Shown here: positions 19,671 to 28,952 of the stretch, piece after piece
Layout of the letters: each line of letters opens with the position of its first letter
How positions within the stretch are numbered: position 1 is the first letter of the stretch
DNA from: Chloroflexota bacterium
GTDB taxonomy: Bacteria > Chloroflexota > UBA11872 > VXOZ01
Assembly (NCBI GenBank): GCA_963663275.1
Contig: OY760183.1
Span: 64,001-128,000 of the forward strand
Direction: 5' to 3'
DNA: 64,000 nucleotides
The notes under the pieces: model-generated
Told to the model about the DNA's origin: nothing
The model's database searches: none
Seen by the model: only the letters and a program-made list of their open reading frames with translations
Translations under genes and position numbers: made by a program

Positions 19671-19973
19671 CGGGGAACAAGCCCCCGCGCTACGTCTGTT
19701 CGGCAGCGCTGGGGGAATTTCCCGACCCGCGCTACGTTCGTGCGTCTCAATTGGGGCCAAACCCCCGCGCTACCGCTTCCGGTTCCCTCTCCCAGCGGGG
19801 AGAGGGTTAGGGTGAGGGGGGTTCTACTCACCGCCTTGGTTCAGTATCCTTATGTGTCGTTCCAACAGGCGGGGGACAAGCCCCCGCGCTACGTCTGTGC
19901 GGCAGCGCTGGGGGAATTTCCCGACCCGCGCTACGCTAATGCGTCTCAATTGGGGCCAAACCCCCGTGCTACG
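19671..19973. repeat. ~100-bp direct duplication of GTAG REP-derived units around a family C hairpin
   Basis: ACAAGCCCCCGCGCTACGTCTG..CGGCAGCGCTGGGGG..TCTCAATTGGGGCCAAACCCCCG at ~19677 and ~19876. Confidence 0.85.
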
Positions 19974-20033
19974 GCAAGAGCAAAACGCGCACGCCCGCCG
20001 CCGTTGAAAGCAGCGTCACGTTTGCCAAATAAC

Positions 20034-21005
20034 CTACGCGCACACCGGATGATCGGACGACCAGCGGTTGAAGTTCCCGGTATGGGAGGCGGCCAATTTG
20101 GGGCGGGCGTCTTCCCACATTTGCGTCCAGGTGTCGGCGTCGCGCAGTTCCGACTCCGGCTTGGCGCGGCTGCGGGCCACGAAATCGGGGAAGACCGGGC
20201 GGCCGGTAGGTTGGCCGATCGGCTGGTAGCGCAGGTCGAAGCTCCAGCGCACCTGGTCCTGGGTCTTGTTGTCGTACGAGCAGTGCATGGTCTTGCGGTG
20301 CATCAGCAGAATGCTGCCCGCCTTCATCGGCAGCGGCACGGCGTTCTCGATGTCTATCAGCTTTTCCGGTATCCACACGCCGCCCACGCCCGGGCAGTGC
20401 ACCGCCAGTTCTTCCTCCCGGTGCGAGTAGGGCACGGCGTACATGCAGCTATTCTCGATTGTGGCGTCGTTCAGGGGCAGCCACACCGTCAGCATCTCGG
20501 TCTCGTCCGCCTCTTCCACCACCACGCCGTTATCCTGGTGCCAGGGCACCGCCACCGACAGGTTGCTCGGGTTTTCCACGTGAACCACGTGGCGCGGCAG
20601 TTTCATGCGCACGTGCTGCACCGGGTTGGAAAGGATTTCAGGCCCAACCACGCTCTCGGCGCAATCGAGCAGACGCGGGTTTACCAGCAGATTGAAAACC
20701 GCCGGCCCGGTGTGCATGGGCGCGTCGGCCCCGATGGCTTTCTGCGGCAGCGAAATATCGAACGGCTGGGCGAAGATCTGGCCGCTCTCATCGCACACCT
20801 GGATCAGGCGCTGATCGAACGGCAGGTCGGCGTACGTCGAGGAAATCTCGCCCTCCGCGTAGAGGTCGTGGGCGATGCCGTCCAGCACGTCGGCGTACTC
20901 CGCCATCACCGGCGCCAGGTCTTCCTCCGGATCCAGTACGTCTTCTACCACCACGTAGCCTTGGTCTTCGAGATGATCGAGTTGCGCTTGCGTCAAGCCG
21001 GCCAT
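20034..21005 (-). CDS. Phytanoyl-CoA dioxygenase (PhyH) family protein
   Basis: PWHQD, TVWLPL.DAT.EN.C, H.S..N...RWSFDLRY. Confidence 0.9.
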   Translation of the reverse strand: MAGLTQAQLDHLEDQGYVVVEDVLDPEEDLAPVMAEYADVLDGIAHDLYAEGEISSTYADLPFDQRLIQVCDESGQIFAQPFDISLPQKAIGADAPMHTGPAVFNLLVNPRLLDCAESVVGPEILSNPVQHVRMKLPRHVVHVENPSNLSVAVPWHQDNGVVVEEADETEMLTVWLPLNDATIENSCMYAVPYSHREEELAVHCPGVGGVWIPEKLIDIENAVPLPMKAGSILLMHRKTMHCSYDNKTQDQVRWSFDLRYQPIGQPTGRPVFPDFVARSRAKPESELRDADTWTQMWEDARPKLAASHTGNFNRWSSDHPVCA

Positions 21006-21182
21006 TTCCTGCTGCTCCTTATCTTTCGCCAAATATCGCGTAGCCGCGTTTGCGCGGCTTCCACCTGGACGGTACGTCTCCGTTGCGCGCGGCTTTCACG
21101 CGCCAAAGTAATACAACTATAGCACATTCGGCAAGCCCTCAGACGCCGCGGCGTGCGGCAGTCCCCAAGCCCGTCAAATCGC

Positions 21183-22151
21183 CTACGCGCACGCCGGATG
21201 GTCGGCGGACCAGCGGTTGAAACGTTGTTTCGCGGAAGCGGCCAGGCGAACGCGCGTATCCTCCCAAAGCTGCGCCCACGCGGCCGCGTCGCGCAGTTCC
21301 GACTCCGGCCTGGCGCGGCTGCGGGCCACGAAATCCGGGAAGAGCGGGCGGCCGGAGGGTTGCCCCGCTGGCTGGTAGCGCAGGTCGAAACTCCAGCGCA
21401 CCTGGTCCTGGGTGGTATTGTCGAACGAACAGTGCATGGTTCTCCGGTGCATGAACAAGACGCTGCCCGCCCGCATGGGTACCGGCACGGCCCGCGCCTC
21501 ATCCATCGCTGCTTCCGGTATCCGCAGACCGCCGGCGCCCGGACAGTGCACGGCAACGCCGTCCCGGTGCGAGCGAGGCACCACGTTCAGGCAGCTATTC
21601 TCGATGGTAGCGTCGTTCAAGGGCAGCCACACCGTCAGCATATCGGTCTCGTCCGCCTCCGCCACCGTTACGCCGTTGTCCTGGTGCCAGGGCACGGCGC
21701 CGGCGAGGCCGCCCGGCTTTTCCACGTGCACCGCGTGGAGCGGCAACTTCATGCGCACGTGCTGTATCGGATTGGACAGGATTTCGGGCCCGATAATGCT
21801 CTCCACGCAATCGAGCAGGCGCGGGTTCACCAGCAGGCTGAAGACGGCCGGGCCCGTGTGCATGGGCGCGTCGGCGCGCTCGGCGCTCTGCGGCAGCGAG
21901 ATGTCGAACGGCTGGGTGAAGAGTTGGCGGCTTTCGTCGCAGACGCGCATGAGCCGCCGGTCGAACGGCAAGCCGGCATAGGTCGAGGATATGACGCCTT
22001 CGGCATAGAGTTCGCGGGCGATGTTGTCCAGCACGTCGCCGTACTCCGCCATCACCGGCGCCAGGTCTGCCGCCGGGTCCAGTACGTCTTCCACGACCAC
22101 GTACCCTTGTTCGTCGAATTGTTCGATCTGCGCTTGCGTTAGGCCGCCCAT
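21183..22151 (-). CDS. Phytanoyl-CoA dioxygenase (PhyH) family protein, tandem paralog
   Basis: Same motifs; highly similar end to end to 20034..21005. Confidence 0.9.
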   Translation of the reverse strand: MGGLTQAQIEQFDEQGYVVVEDVLDPAADLAPVMAEYGDVLDNIARELYAEGVISSTYAGLPFDRRLMRVCDESRQLFTQPFDISLPQSAERADAPMHTGPAVFSLLVNPRLLDCVESIIGPEILSNPIQHVRMKLPLHAVHVEKPGGLAGAVPWHQDNGVTVAEADETDMLTVWLPLNDATIENSCLNVVPRSHRDGVAVHCPGAGGLRIPEAAMDEARAVPVPMRAGSVLFMHRRTMHCSFDNTTQDQVRWSFDLRYQPAGQPSGRPLFPDFVARSRARPESELRDAAAWAQLWEDTRVRLAASAKQRFNRWSADHPACA

Positions 22152-22325
22152 GGGTAACGCTCCTCCGCTTAGTGAATGAACCGCTTGCGCACGTGTTTGC
22201 GCCTGTTCCAGAGTCTGGGAATCCTCTATGTCTCCCGCCCGCTTCTATCATATCCGAGCGTAGCTGTCTGCACGAGTCCCGTAGGCAGTTACAATACGGG
22301 AAAGAGGAAAGGACGGAGAGGTGTA

Positions 22326-22766
22326 ATGCGTGAAGCCGCTTGCCGCTCTGGCCGCGCGCCGGCCTGGATGCTGCTGATACTGTTGCTGGCGGCCTGCGGC
22401 GGCACGGAAAGCCCGGGGAGCGAGACGGCGCGCCCTCGCGACGCGCGTGCCCAGGCGGGGAGTCCGGTCGATAGCAAAGAGGCGGCGCTTGCGGCGGTGT
22501 ACGCGCATCTCTCCCAGGTCACCTCTTGCCGGGCGGCGCGCATGCGGCTGGATGATGACTTTGCCGCGGGTAAGTTCGACGCGCGTTTGACCTCGGCGTA
22601 CTCGCTCCGGCGGCAGCATCCGGTGTGGGAGGTTGACTACGCCGGCGATCTCCACATTCCGTACGTCATCTGGTTTGTGGAACAGACCGACGGCGCGGTG
22701 CTGGCCAGCATCAGCGCGGCGACATATTATGAATCGCCGCTGCTCCACGTGTGCCGCCGCGATTGA
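22326..22766 (+). CDS. Hypothetical lipoprotein
   Basis: GGAG RBS, hydrophobic signal and LAAC lipobox. Confidence 0.6.
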   Translation: MREAACRSGRAPAWMLLILLLAACGGTESPGSETARPRDARAQAGSPVDSKEAALAAVYAHLSQVTSCRAARMRLDDDFAAGKFDARLTSAYSLRRQHPVWEVDYAGDLHIPYVIWFVEQTDGAVLASISAATYYESPLLHVCRRD

Positions 22767-22900
22767 GCGGCAAGAACCTCGCCAATCGCATCATGTCCCG
22801 GCCGCATATAGATGCCGTCCGGCGCGCACGAACAGCGCCTGGAAGGGCTTCGTGCGGTTCTGTCGCGCGGAAATTCCGTCAGGCGCGCAAGAATTGCGCC

Positions 22901-23626
22901 TTACCGATCCGTTTCCCGTATCGCGGCCAACGCTTCCGGCAGGGTGAACGCGCCGCGATAGAGCGCCGCGCCGACGATTGACCCCTCGACGCCCAGGGTC
23001 GCCAGCCGCGCCAGGTGGTCGAGGCTGGCCACGCCGCCGGAGGCGATTACCGGCACGCTCACCGCCGCCGCCAGCGCGCCGGTGGCCGCGAAATTCGGCT
23101 GCGAAAGCGTGCCGTCGCGCTCCACGTCGGTATAGAGAAAGCGGCTCACGCCGCAATCCACCATGCGCCGCGCCAGGTCGAACATGTCAACCGCGCTTTC
23201 CCGCTGCCAGCCGTGGGTCGTAATCTTGCCGTTGCGGGCGTCCAGCGCCACCACCACCCGGCCGGGATAGCGCGCGCACGCTTCCGCCACCAAGTCCGGC
23301 TGCTCCAGCGCCACGGTGCCCAGCACCACCCGCGCGGCGCCCGCCGCCACCGCCTGCTCGATGGCGTCCAGGTCGCGCAAGCCGCCGCCCATCTGCACCG
23401 GAATATCCAGCGCCGCCGTGACCGCGGCCACCACCGGCAGATTCTTGCCGCTGCCGCTCTGCGTGCCGTCCAAGTCCACCACGTGGAGCAGCGCCGCGCC
23501 CTGTTCCTCCCAGCCGCGGGCGGTCGCCACCGGCTCGTGCGAAAACACCGTGCGCTGCGCGAAGTCGCCCTTGTAGAGCCGCACCACCGCGCCGTCTTTT
23601 ATGTCAATCGCGGGAATAACTTGCAT
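22901..23626 (-). CDS. hisA: ProFAR isomerase
   Basis: IPAIDI..G.VVRL, LHVVDLDG, QMGGGLR, TDV.RDG, ASGGV. Confidence 0.95.
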   Translation of the reverse strand: MQVIPAIDIKDGAVVRLYKGDFAQRTVFSHEPVATARGWEEQGAALLHVVDLDGTQSGSGKNLPVVAAVTAALDIPVQMGGGLRDLDAIEQAVAAGAARVVLGTVALEQPDLVAEACARYPGRVVVALDARNGKITTHGWQRESAVDMFDLARRMVDCGVSRFLYTDVERDGTLSQPNFAATGALAAAVSVPVIASGGVASLDHLARLATLGVEGSIVGAALYRGAFTLPEALAAIRETDR

Positions 23627-23725
23627 GTCTCTTGTAATTGCCCTGAGCGCCATTGGCGTCGCGGCGGCATTCAACAACGCTCTACGACCCTGCTCTGCCA
23701 GCATTCTCTTGCGGTTGTACGCTCG

Positions 23726-23848
23726 CTACCCAGCGGCATTACGGTAGCGCGGGGGCTTGTCCCCCGCTACCCAGCGACATTACTGTAGCGCGGGGGCTTG
23801 TCCCCCGCTACCCATCGGCATTACGGTAGCGCGGGGGCTTGTCCCCCG
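23726..23848. repeat. 41-bp tandem repeat x3 containing GTAGCGCGGGGGCTTGTCCCCCGC REP
   Basis: Three near-identical contiguous units. Confidence 0.9.
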
Positions 23849-24088
23849 CCTCTTGGCGCCAAAGGCAAACACCCCTTTGGAGGAAACATGCCTTGCGCTC
23901 GCAGCATCCGTTCATCCTTCGACACGCTCAGGACGAACGGATGCTGAATCCTCTCACAAACGACGAAACCTCTCACCGCTGCTAATCTCATCCGTTCGCG
24001 CTGAGCCAGCTTGTCCTGAGCTTGACGAAGGGCCGAAGCGTTCTCGCCGCCGTTCGCGCTGAGCCTGTCGAAGCGCTCTTCCTGAGCT

Positions 24089-24718
24089 TTACGATGCTTT
24101 CGCGCTGGCCGCGCCCGTCGCCCACGCCACGAAATTCTCGTACAACCTTAACCCCATCGCCGCGCTCTTCTCCGGGTGGAACTGGGTCGCAAACACGTTA
24201 TCCCGCGCCAGCACGCTGGGAAAGGTCACGCCGTAGTCGGTGGCGCCGGCCGTCAGCGCGGCGTCGTCCGGCATGGTGTAGTACGAGTGCACGAAGTAGA
24301 AATACGCCTCGTCCGGGATGCCGGCGAACATCGGATGCGCCTGCGTCTGCCGCACCTGGTTCCAGCCCATGTGCGGCACGGTCAACCCCTTGGGGAAGCG
24401 CCGCACCGTGCCGGGATACACGTCCAGGCAGGGCGTGCCGCCGTCCTCCTCGCTGGCCGTGAGCAAGACCTGCAACCCCATGCAGATGCCGAAATAGGGC
24501 GTGCCGGCCGCAATCACCGCCTTCACCGCGTCGATCATGCCGTGCCGCTCCAACCCCCGTATCGTATCCCCCGCCGCCCCCACACCCGGCAAGATCACCG
24601 CCGCCGCCCCCGCCACCACCGCCGGCTCCGACGTCACCACATAATCCGCCGCATACAACCCCACCGCCCGGCTCACACTGCGAATGTTCCCAGCGCCGTA
24701 GTCGATAATCGCAATCAT
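24089..24718 (-). CDS. hisH: Imidazole glycerol phosphate synthase glutaminase subunit
   Basis: IDYGAGN, LPGVGA, GICMG, PHMGWN, YFVHSY, QFHPEKS. Confidence 0.95.
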   Translation of the reverse strand: MIAIIDYGAGNIRSVSRAVGLYAADYVVTSEPAVVAGAAAVILPGVGAAGDTIRGLERHGMIDAVKAVIAAGTPYFGICMGLQVLLTASEEDGGTPCLDVYPGTVRRFPKGLTVPHMGWNQVRQTQAHPMFAGIPDEAYFYFVHSYYTMPDDAALTAGATDYGVTFPSVLARDNVFATQFHPEKSAAMGLRLYENFVAWATGAASAKAS

Positions 24719-24768
24719 GGTATACCGTCTATTTCTATGAAACGCGCATACTCAATTAAACTACATCT

Positions 24769-25338
24769 CTATAGCCGCCTGAACCCAAATACGTATCCAT
24801 CAAGGCCAGTAAGAACCTCCCCTCTGAAATTGTCACATTCGAACTCGAAGGCATATCCGGCGGTCCCGGTCTCAGTCGCACGTGTCAAGGATACAGCCGC
24901 TTCTTGACCAAACTTCCACCGCAAGTACTCAATTGCTTTCGCTTCGCAGGCTTCTAAACCAACTGCGCGAGTCTCGTCTAAATGGCGCGACTGAGTGGAT
25001 GCTGAATCCTTACCGAAGAGCTTTTGAATTAGCGTATAGGCTAAAGCCCCAGACGCGCCAGAAACAGCGGCTTCTATGAAAGGGGCAATATAGGCTACAA
25101 TTTCCCCCGTAGAGGCTTCAGCACCCCAATTTAGTGTTCGACTGCTGGCATTGATGTTGTATCGATAGCAGCCTAACTCATGCAATGTATCTATTATTGT
25201 GTTCTCGATTTCTGATAGCGCCGCATCGCTTGGCTCGCACTCCAAATAGACCAGGACATCTTCCGGAGCGTCTAGGTTTTGAGACTCCATGAGCCTTTCA
25301 TGTGGAATGGTAGTTATCCGAATGCTCAGCATGTCCAT
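24769..25338 (-). CDS. Hypothetical protein (low GC)
   Basis: Open frame with protein-like composition in an AT-richer patch; start uncertain. Confidence 0.55.
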   Translation of the reverse strand: MDMLSIRITTIPHERLMESQNLDAPEDVLVYLECEPSDAALSEIENTIIDTLHELGCYRYNINASSRTLNWGAEASTGEIVAYIAPFIEAAVSGASGALAYTLIQKLFGKDSASTQSRHLDETRAVGLEACEAKAIEYLRWKFGQEAAVSLTRATETGTAGYAFEFECDNFRGEVLTGLDGYVFGFRRL

Positions 25339-25585
25339 CTTGAATGCTCCTGCAAGCAACAGACGCTGTGTGCTTTGTTTCAAATTGACGTTCTGCAAAC
25401 TCTCAATTGCCTTGCAGGCCGCGCAACCCTTTCGCACTCATGGCAACACATCTCATAGTCTTGCGCGCACATGGCAACTGCGTACTTACATGATAGCAGC
25501 CAACAAAGTCACCGTGCCTAGGCCGCAAGCTACGAACGTACACGGTTGTGCTGTGCTAGGCTGGGATGGAGAAAGGGGCAGCCCC

Positions 25586-26197
25586 ATGTTCAAGTCGCTC
25601 AAAGACATTCTGCCGGGCACGATTGAGGAGCTTGGCATTGGCGAGCGGCTGGAGGCGGCGGCGGTGTTTAGCGCGTGGCGGACGGTAGTGTCGCGGTTGC
25701 CGGCTCATGCGCGGGAGGCGCGGCCGCGACGGTTCCGGCACGGCGCGCTGGAGGTGGAAGCGCCCTCTTCCGCCGCCGTGCACGAGTTGCACATGCGCGT
25801 GCCCCAACTCATGCGCGATGTGAACACCATCCTGGGGCGTCCGCTGGTCACCAAGCTGGACTTTCGCGCCCGCGGCCGGCGCGCCCCGACCCGCATCGCG
25901 CCGCCCCAGCCCCGGCCGGCAGCCGAGAGCGCGGACACTACACCTGCGGACACAACCGCCGCGCAGGAAGCCGCCGCGCCCAAAGCGGCCGCCGCCAACG
26001 ACCCCGCCGATCGCGAACGCCGCCTGCGCCAGGCAATCGACCTGATCCAGAACCCCGCCGTGCGCCAACAAGCCCTCGCCCGCCTAACGGAGCGCGGCCA
26101 TCAACCCGCCCGCTGCGCCACGTGCGGTACCCAGGTCACCACCCCCGGCCTCTGCCCCCTCTGCCAGGCGCACGAAAAGCAGGATAGCGGCGCATAA
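25586..26197 (+). CDS. DUF721/DciA family protein with C-terminal Zn ribbon
   Basis: W..VV, G.L.V...S...HEL pattern; CxxC...CxxC at the C-terminus. Confidence 0.75.
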   Translation: MFKSLKDILPGTIEELGIGERLEAAAVFSAWRTVVSRLPAHAREARPRRFRHGALEVEAPSSAAVHELHMRVPQLMRDVNTILGRPLVTKLDFRARGRRAPTRIAPPQPRPAAESADTTPADTTAAQEAAAPKAAAANDPADRERRLRQAIDLIQNPAVRQQALARLTERGHQPARCATCGTQVTTPGLCPLCQAHEKQDSGA

Positions 26198-26498
26198 GGC
26201 CGGTTCGCGCATAGCGCGGTGGGGAATTCACTCTTAGGCGGAACCAGCCGAGAAACCATGTCCGCGACTAGCCATCCAACGTTGCCAGAGACTCCATTGG
26301 CACGTTTATAGAGGTCCAGGGCGAACACTGCAAGCAATCGACCATTGTAGATCCACGTAGGGTCCTAATTGTCGAAGACGGGCCCAAGGGATCACGCGTG
26401 TAAGGGCTTCTGAAGTCTGTTGTCTGAGGGTTTGGGATGTTGTAGTCTGTTACTCGCTGGCGGCTCCCTCTGCTCTGTTCTACGTTAGGTAGCGAGAC

Positions 26499-27740
26499 AT
26501 GGCATCTTCCAAGTATGGGAATCTCATACGCTTACGTCCCAACGACTGCGAAGTCTTGGAAGTGATCAAGCAAGTCCCCTTGGGGGAGGGTGCTTCACAA
26601 GGCAGTGTTAGCGAAGACGAACTCAGGAACTTGCTGTTCGAACATCCCGATTCGCTTCCACTGGCGGACATCGATGCAGCCTATGCCAATGCGGTGCCAA
26701 TCTGCAAAGAGATGCGGACGCCTGCCGGCCCAATAGATGCTCTATATGTCAACGCTGACGGTCGAATCACCCTTGCCGAATTCAAACTTTGGCGTAACCC
26801 GCAAGCGCGGCGTGAGGTAATCGGCCAGATCCTGGATTACGCGAAGGAACTTGCTTCCTGGAGCTACGAGGATTTGCAGCGCCAAGTGTCGCTTGCGCTC
26901 AAGAAGAGTGGGAATGTCCTCTTCGACTTAGTTGAAACGCGGTCATCGGGGATCGATGAGGCAGAGTTCATTGACAGTGTGACGCGACACTTGAGGCGCG
27001 GCGAATTCTTGCTGCTCATTGTGGGTGATGGAATTCGAGAGGGTGTAGAGAGCATAGTCGATTTCGTCCAGACCTACAGCGGCCTGCACTTCAATCTGGC
27101 GCTGGTGGAAGCAGCATTATACCGGGATGCTGCCAACCACCTCATCGTCCAGCCCCGCGTCATGGCCCAGACCGAAATCGTGCAACGTTTCGTCGTTGAA
27201 GTAGATTCAGTCAGGGAAGTCATTGAAGACGATCAGGAAACCCAGCAAGATACCCAATCAGACCAGGAAGAGGAAAACCTCCGGTTCTGGAGAGCAGTGG
27301 TCCAGGATTATTCCTTCTCGGATACCTCTGCGGTTGTACCCCCTCCCAGCAAGGAATCCACTCTATACGTGAGAGTGCAGGGCTCAGGACACGGGGGCTT
27401 TGGCCTTTGCTTTGACGGGTTCTTGGACCGCAAAGCTTCATATGTGGGTTGCTTCCTGATGGCTCGTAGTGACCTACCCCACGCTGTCCGGATTTTTGAG
27501 GAACTTGCATCATCGTTTGAAGAGTTGAGAATGGAGTTAGGAGAGGATCCAGAGGTCTGGAAAAGCTCAGCAGGTCGTCCCAGACTGGGGTTTCGGAAAA
27601 AAGACAGCTTATCATTCCTTGCTGGTAGGGAATCCGATGTTGACTACCAGGAATCAGTCTCTTGGATGCGAGACCGCTTGAATACTCTAGTAAGCGGACT
27701 ACATCCGCGTATTCGGCTGCGGCTCGATGAAGATGCATAG
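26499..27740 (+). CDS. NucS-like PD-(D/E)xK nuclease domain + DUF4268-like domain protein
   Basis: IDALY..AEFKLWRNPQARREVIGQILDYA; LRFW motif after an acidic linker; lower GC. Confidence 0.7.
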   Translation: MASSKYGNLIRLRPNDCEVLEVIKQVPLGEGASQGSVSEDELRNLLFEHPDSLPLADIDAAYANAVPICKEMRTPAGPIDALYVNADGRITLAEFKLWRNPQARREVIGQILDYAKELASWSYEDLQRQVSLALKKSGNVLFDLVETRSSGIDEAEFIDSVTRHLRRGEFLLLIVGDGIREGVESIVDFVQTYSGLHFNLALVEAALYRDAANHLIVQPRVMAQTEIVQRFVVEVDSVREVIEDDQETQQDTQSDQEEENLRFWRAVVQDYSFSDTSAVVPPPSKESTLYVRVQGSGHGGFGLCFDGFLDRKASYVGCFLMARSDLPHAVRIFEELASSFEELRMELGEDPEVWKSSAGRPRLGFRKKDSLSFLAGRESDVDYQESVSWMRDRLNTLVSGLHPRIRLRLDEDA

Positions 27741-27833
27741 GACACCAAGGGATATTGACCGCCTTCGTATCTGGCAGCCCGCTGTATCCCCATGACGGCT
27801 TCCCACTCAGAGTCTCCGGCTAAGTCGCGATTC

Positions 27834-28568
27834 CTAGTTTGTCTTTTCATAGACAGAAGTGTGCGCGCGGCTTTGGGCAGTGAAGGGTGAGCGGCGCCAG
27901 TCGGCCCATCTGGCGCGGAGTTGCAGGCCGGCGAGGCGGGCCATGAGGTCCAGTTCGGACGGCCAGACGTAGCGGAGGCGGCCGGGGTAGATGCGGATGC
28001 CCGCTTCCGCTAGAACCACGTGGCGGAAGTCCAGCACCTGGTTCAGGGCATCGTGGATCGACACATCCAGGCGGACGGAGTCCAGATCGGGCAGGCTCGT
28101 CCGCACGTGTTCGCCTTCTGCGAACTTGGCGACGTCGGGGACGAAGGCGTGTACCAGGAATACGCCGGAATCATCCAGGCGCGCTGCCACGTTCTGGATG
28201 CACCGGATCTGCTCCTCCTGTGACGCGAGCATGAAGAACGTGTTGTTTATCACGAAAACGAGCGAGAAGGCGCCCGCGACCGCGACATCCGCGAAGTCGC
28301 CGAGGATCACGGGCAAGTCCTCCCCGCCTGGCTTAGCCCGGAGTTGGTCGAGCATGGCCTGGGACGACTCTATGCCGTGCACCTCGCAGCCTGTGGCGGC
28401 CAAGGGCAGCGCAAAGGTCCCGGTGCCAATCCCCAATTCGAGCGCCCTGCCGCCGGCCGCAAACTCCGCGAGCAGTTCGACACACGCGCCGACCTTTGCC
28501 GGTCGGTAGAATTCGTCGTACACACCGGCGATCCGGTCGCCATACGTCGCCGCATCGTACCCCTGCAT
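27834..28568 (-). CDS. Class I SAM-dependent methyltransferase
   Basis: LELGIGTG motif I; PSELDLMARLAGL. Confidence 0.9.
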   Translation of the reverse strand: MQGYDAATYGDRIAGVYDEFYRPAKVGACVELLAEFAAGGRALELGIGTGTFALPLAATGCEVHGIESSQAMLDQLRAKPGGEDLPVILGDFADVAVAGAFSLVFVINNTFFMLASQEEQIRCIQNVAARLDDSGVFLVHAFVPDVAKFAEGEHVRTSLPDLDSVRLDVSIHDALNQVLDFRHVVLAEAGIRIYPGRLRYVWPSELDLMARLAGLQLRARWADWRRSPFTAQSRAHTSVYEKTN

Positions 28569-28600
28569 GATTCGTCTCCTTTCCTTGCACACAGACAATA

Positions 28601-28631
28601 GAAAAAGGCCTCCCGTTTGCGGGGAGGCCTT
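28601..28631 (-). terminator. Intrinsic terminator in the 5' leader of the methyltransferase
   Basis: Minus strand AAGGCCTCCC-CGCAAAC-GGGAGGCCTTTTT, ~30 nt before the ATG. Confidence 0.75.
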
Positions 28632-28952
28632 GCATTGGACAACGAGAACGCGGCCGCTAGGTACTCCCCACTATAAGACGCGGCGGCGCCGCAGCCGCAG
28701 CGACACTATTGGCATCGGTTGGGAAGTATCCGGCTAGCGATAGCATGGCACTTGTCCTTCGTTCACTACGCAGGGCATGGTAGCACACTCTTCTATGTTT
28801 GATAAGAGCCACCGCGCGGTAAGGCCGCGGTTTGTGACTTATTCCCTGCCGGTTATGAACTCTGCGACGGCGTTGGGAGACGGGTAGTTTACGGCTTGGG
28901 CCGCCTCGGTCGATTCGACGAGGCGGCCCAAGCCAGATGTGGCGCGCGTGCC

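Noticed and set aside
23726-23848. CRISPR-like periodic repeat
   Set aside because: The sequence between palindromes is near-identical rather than unique, and no cas genes are present; it is a REP tandem.
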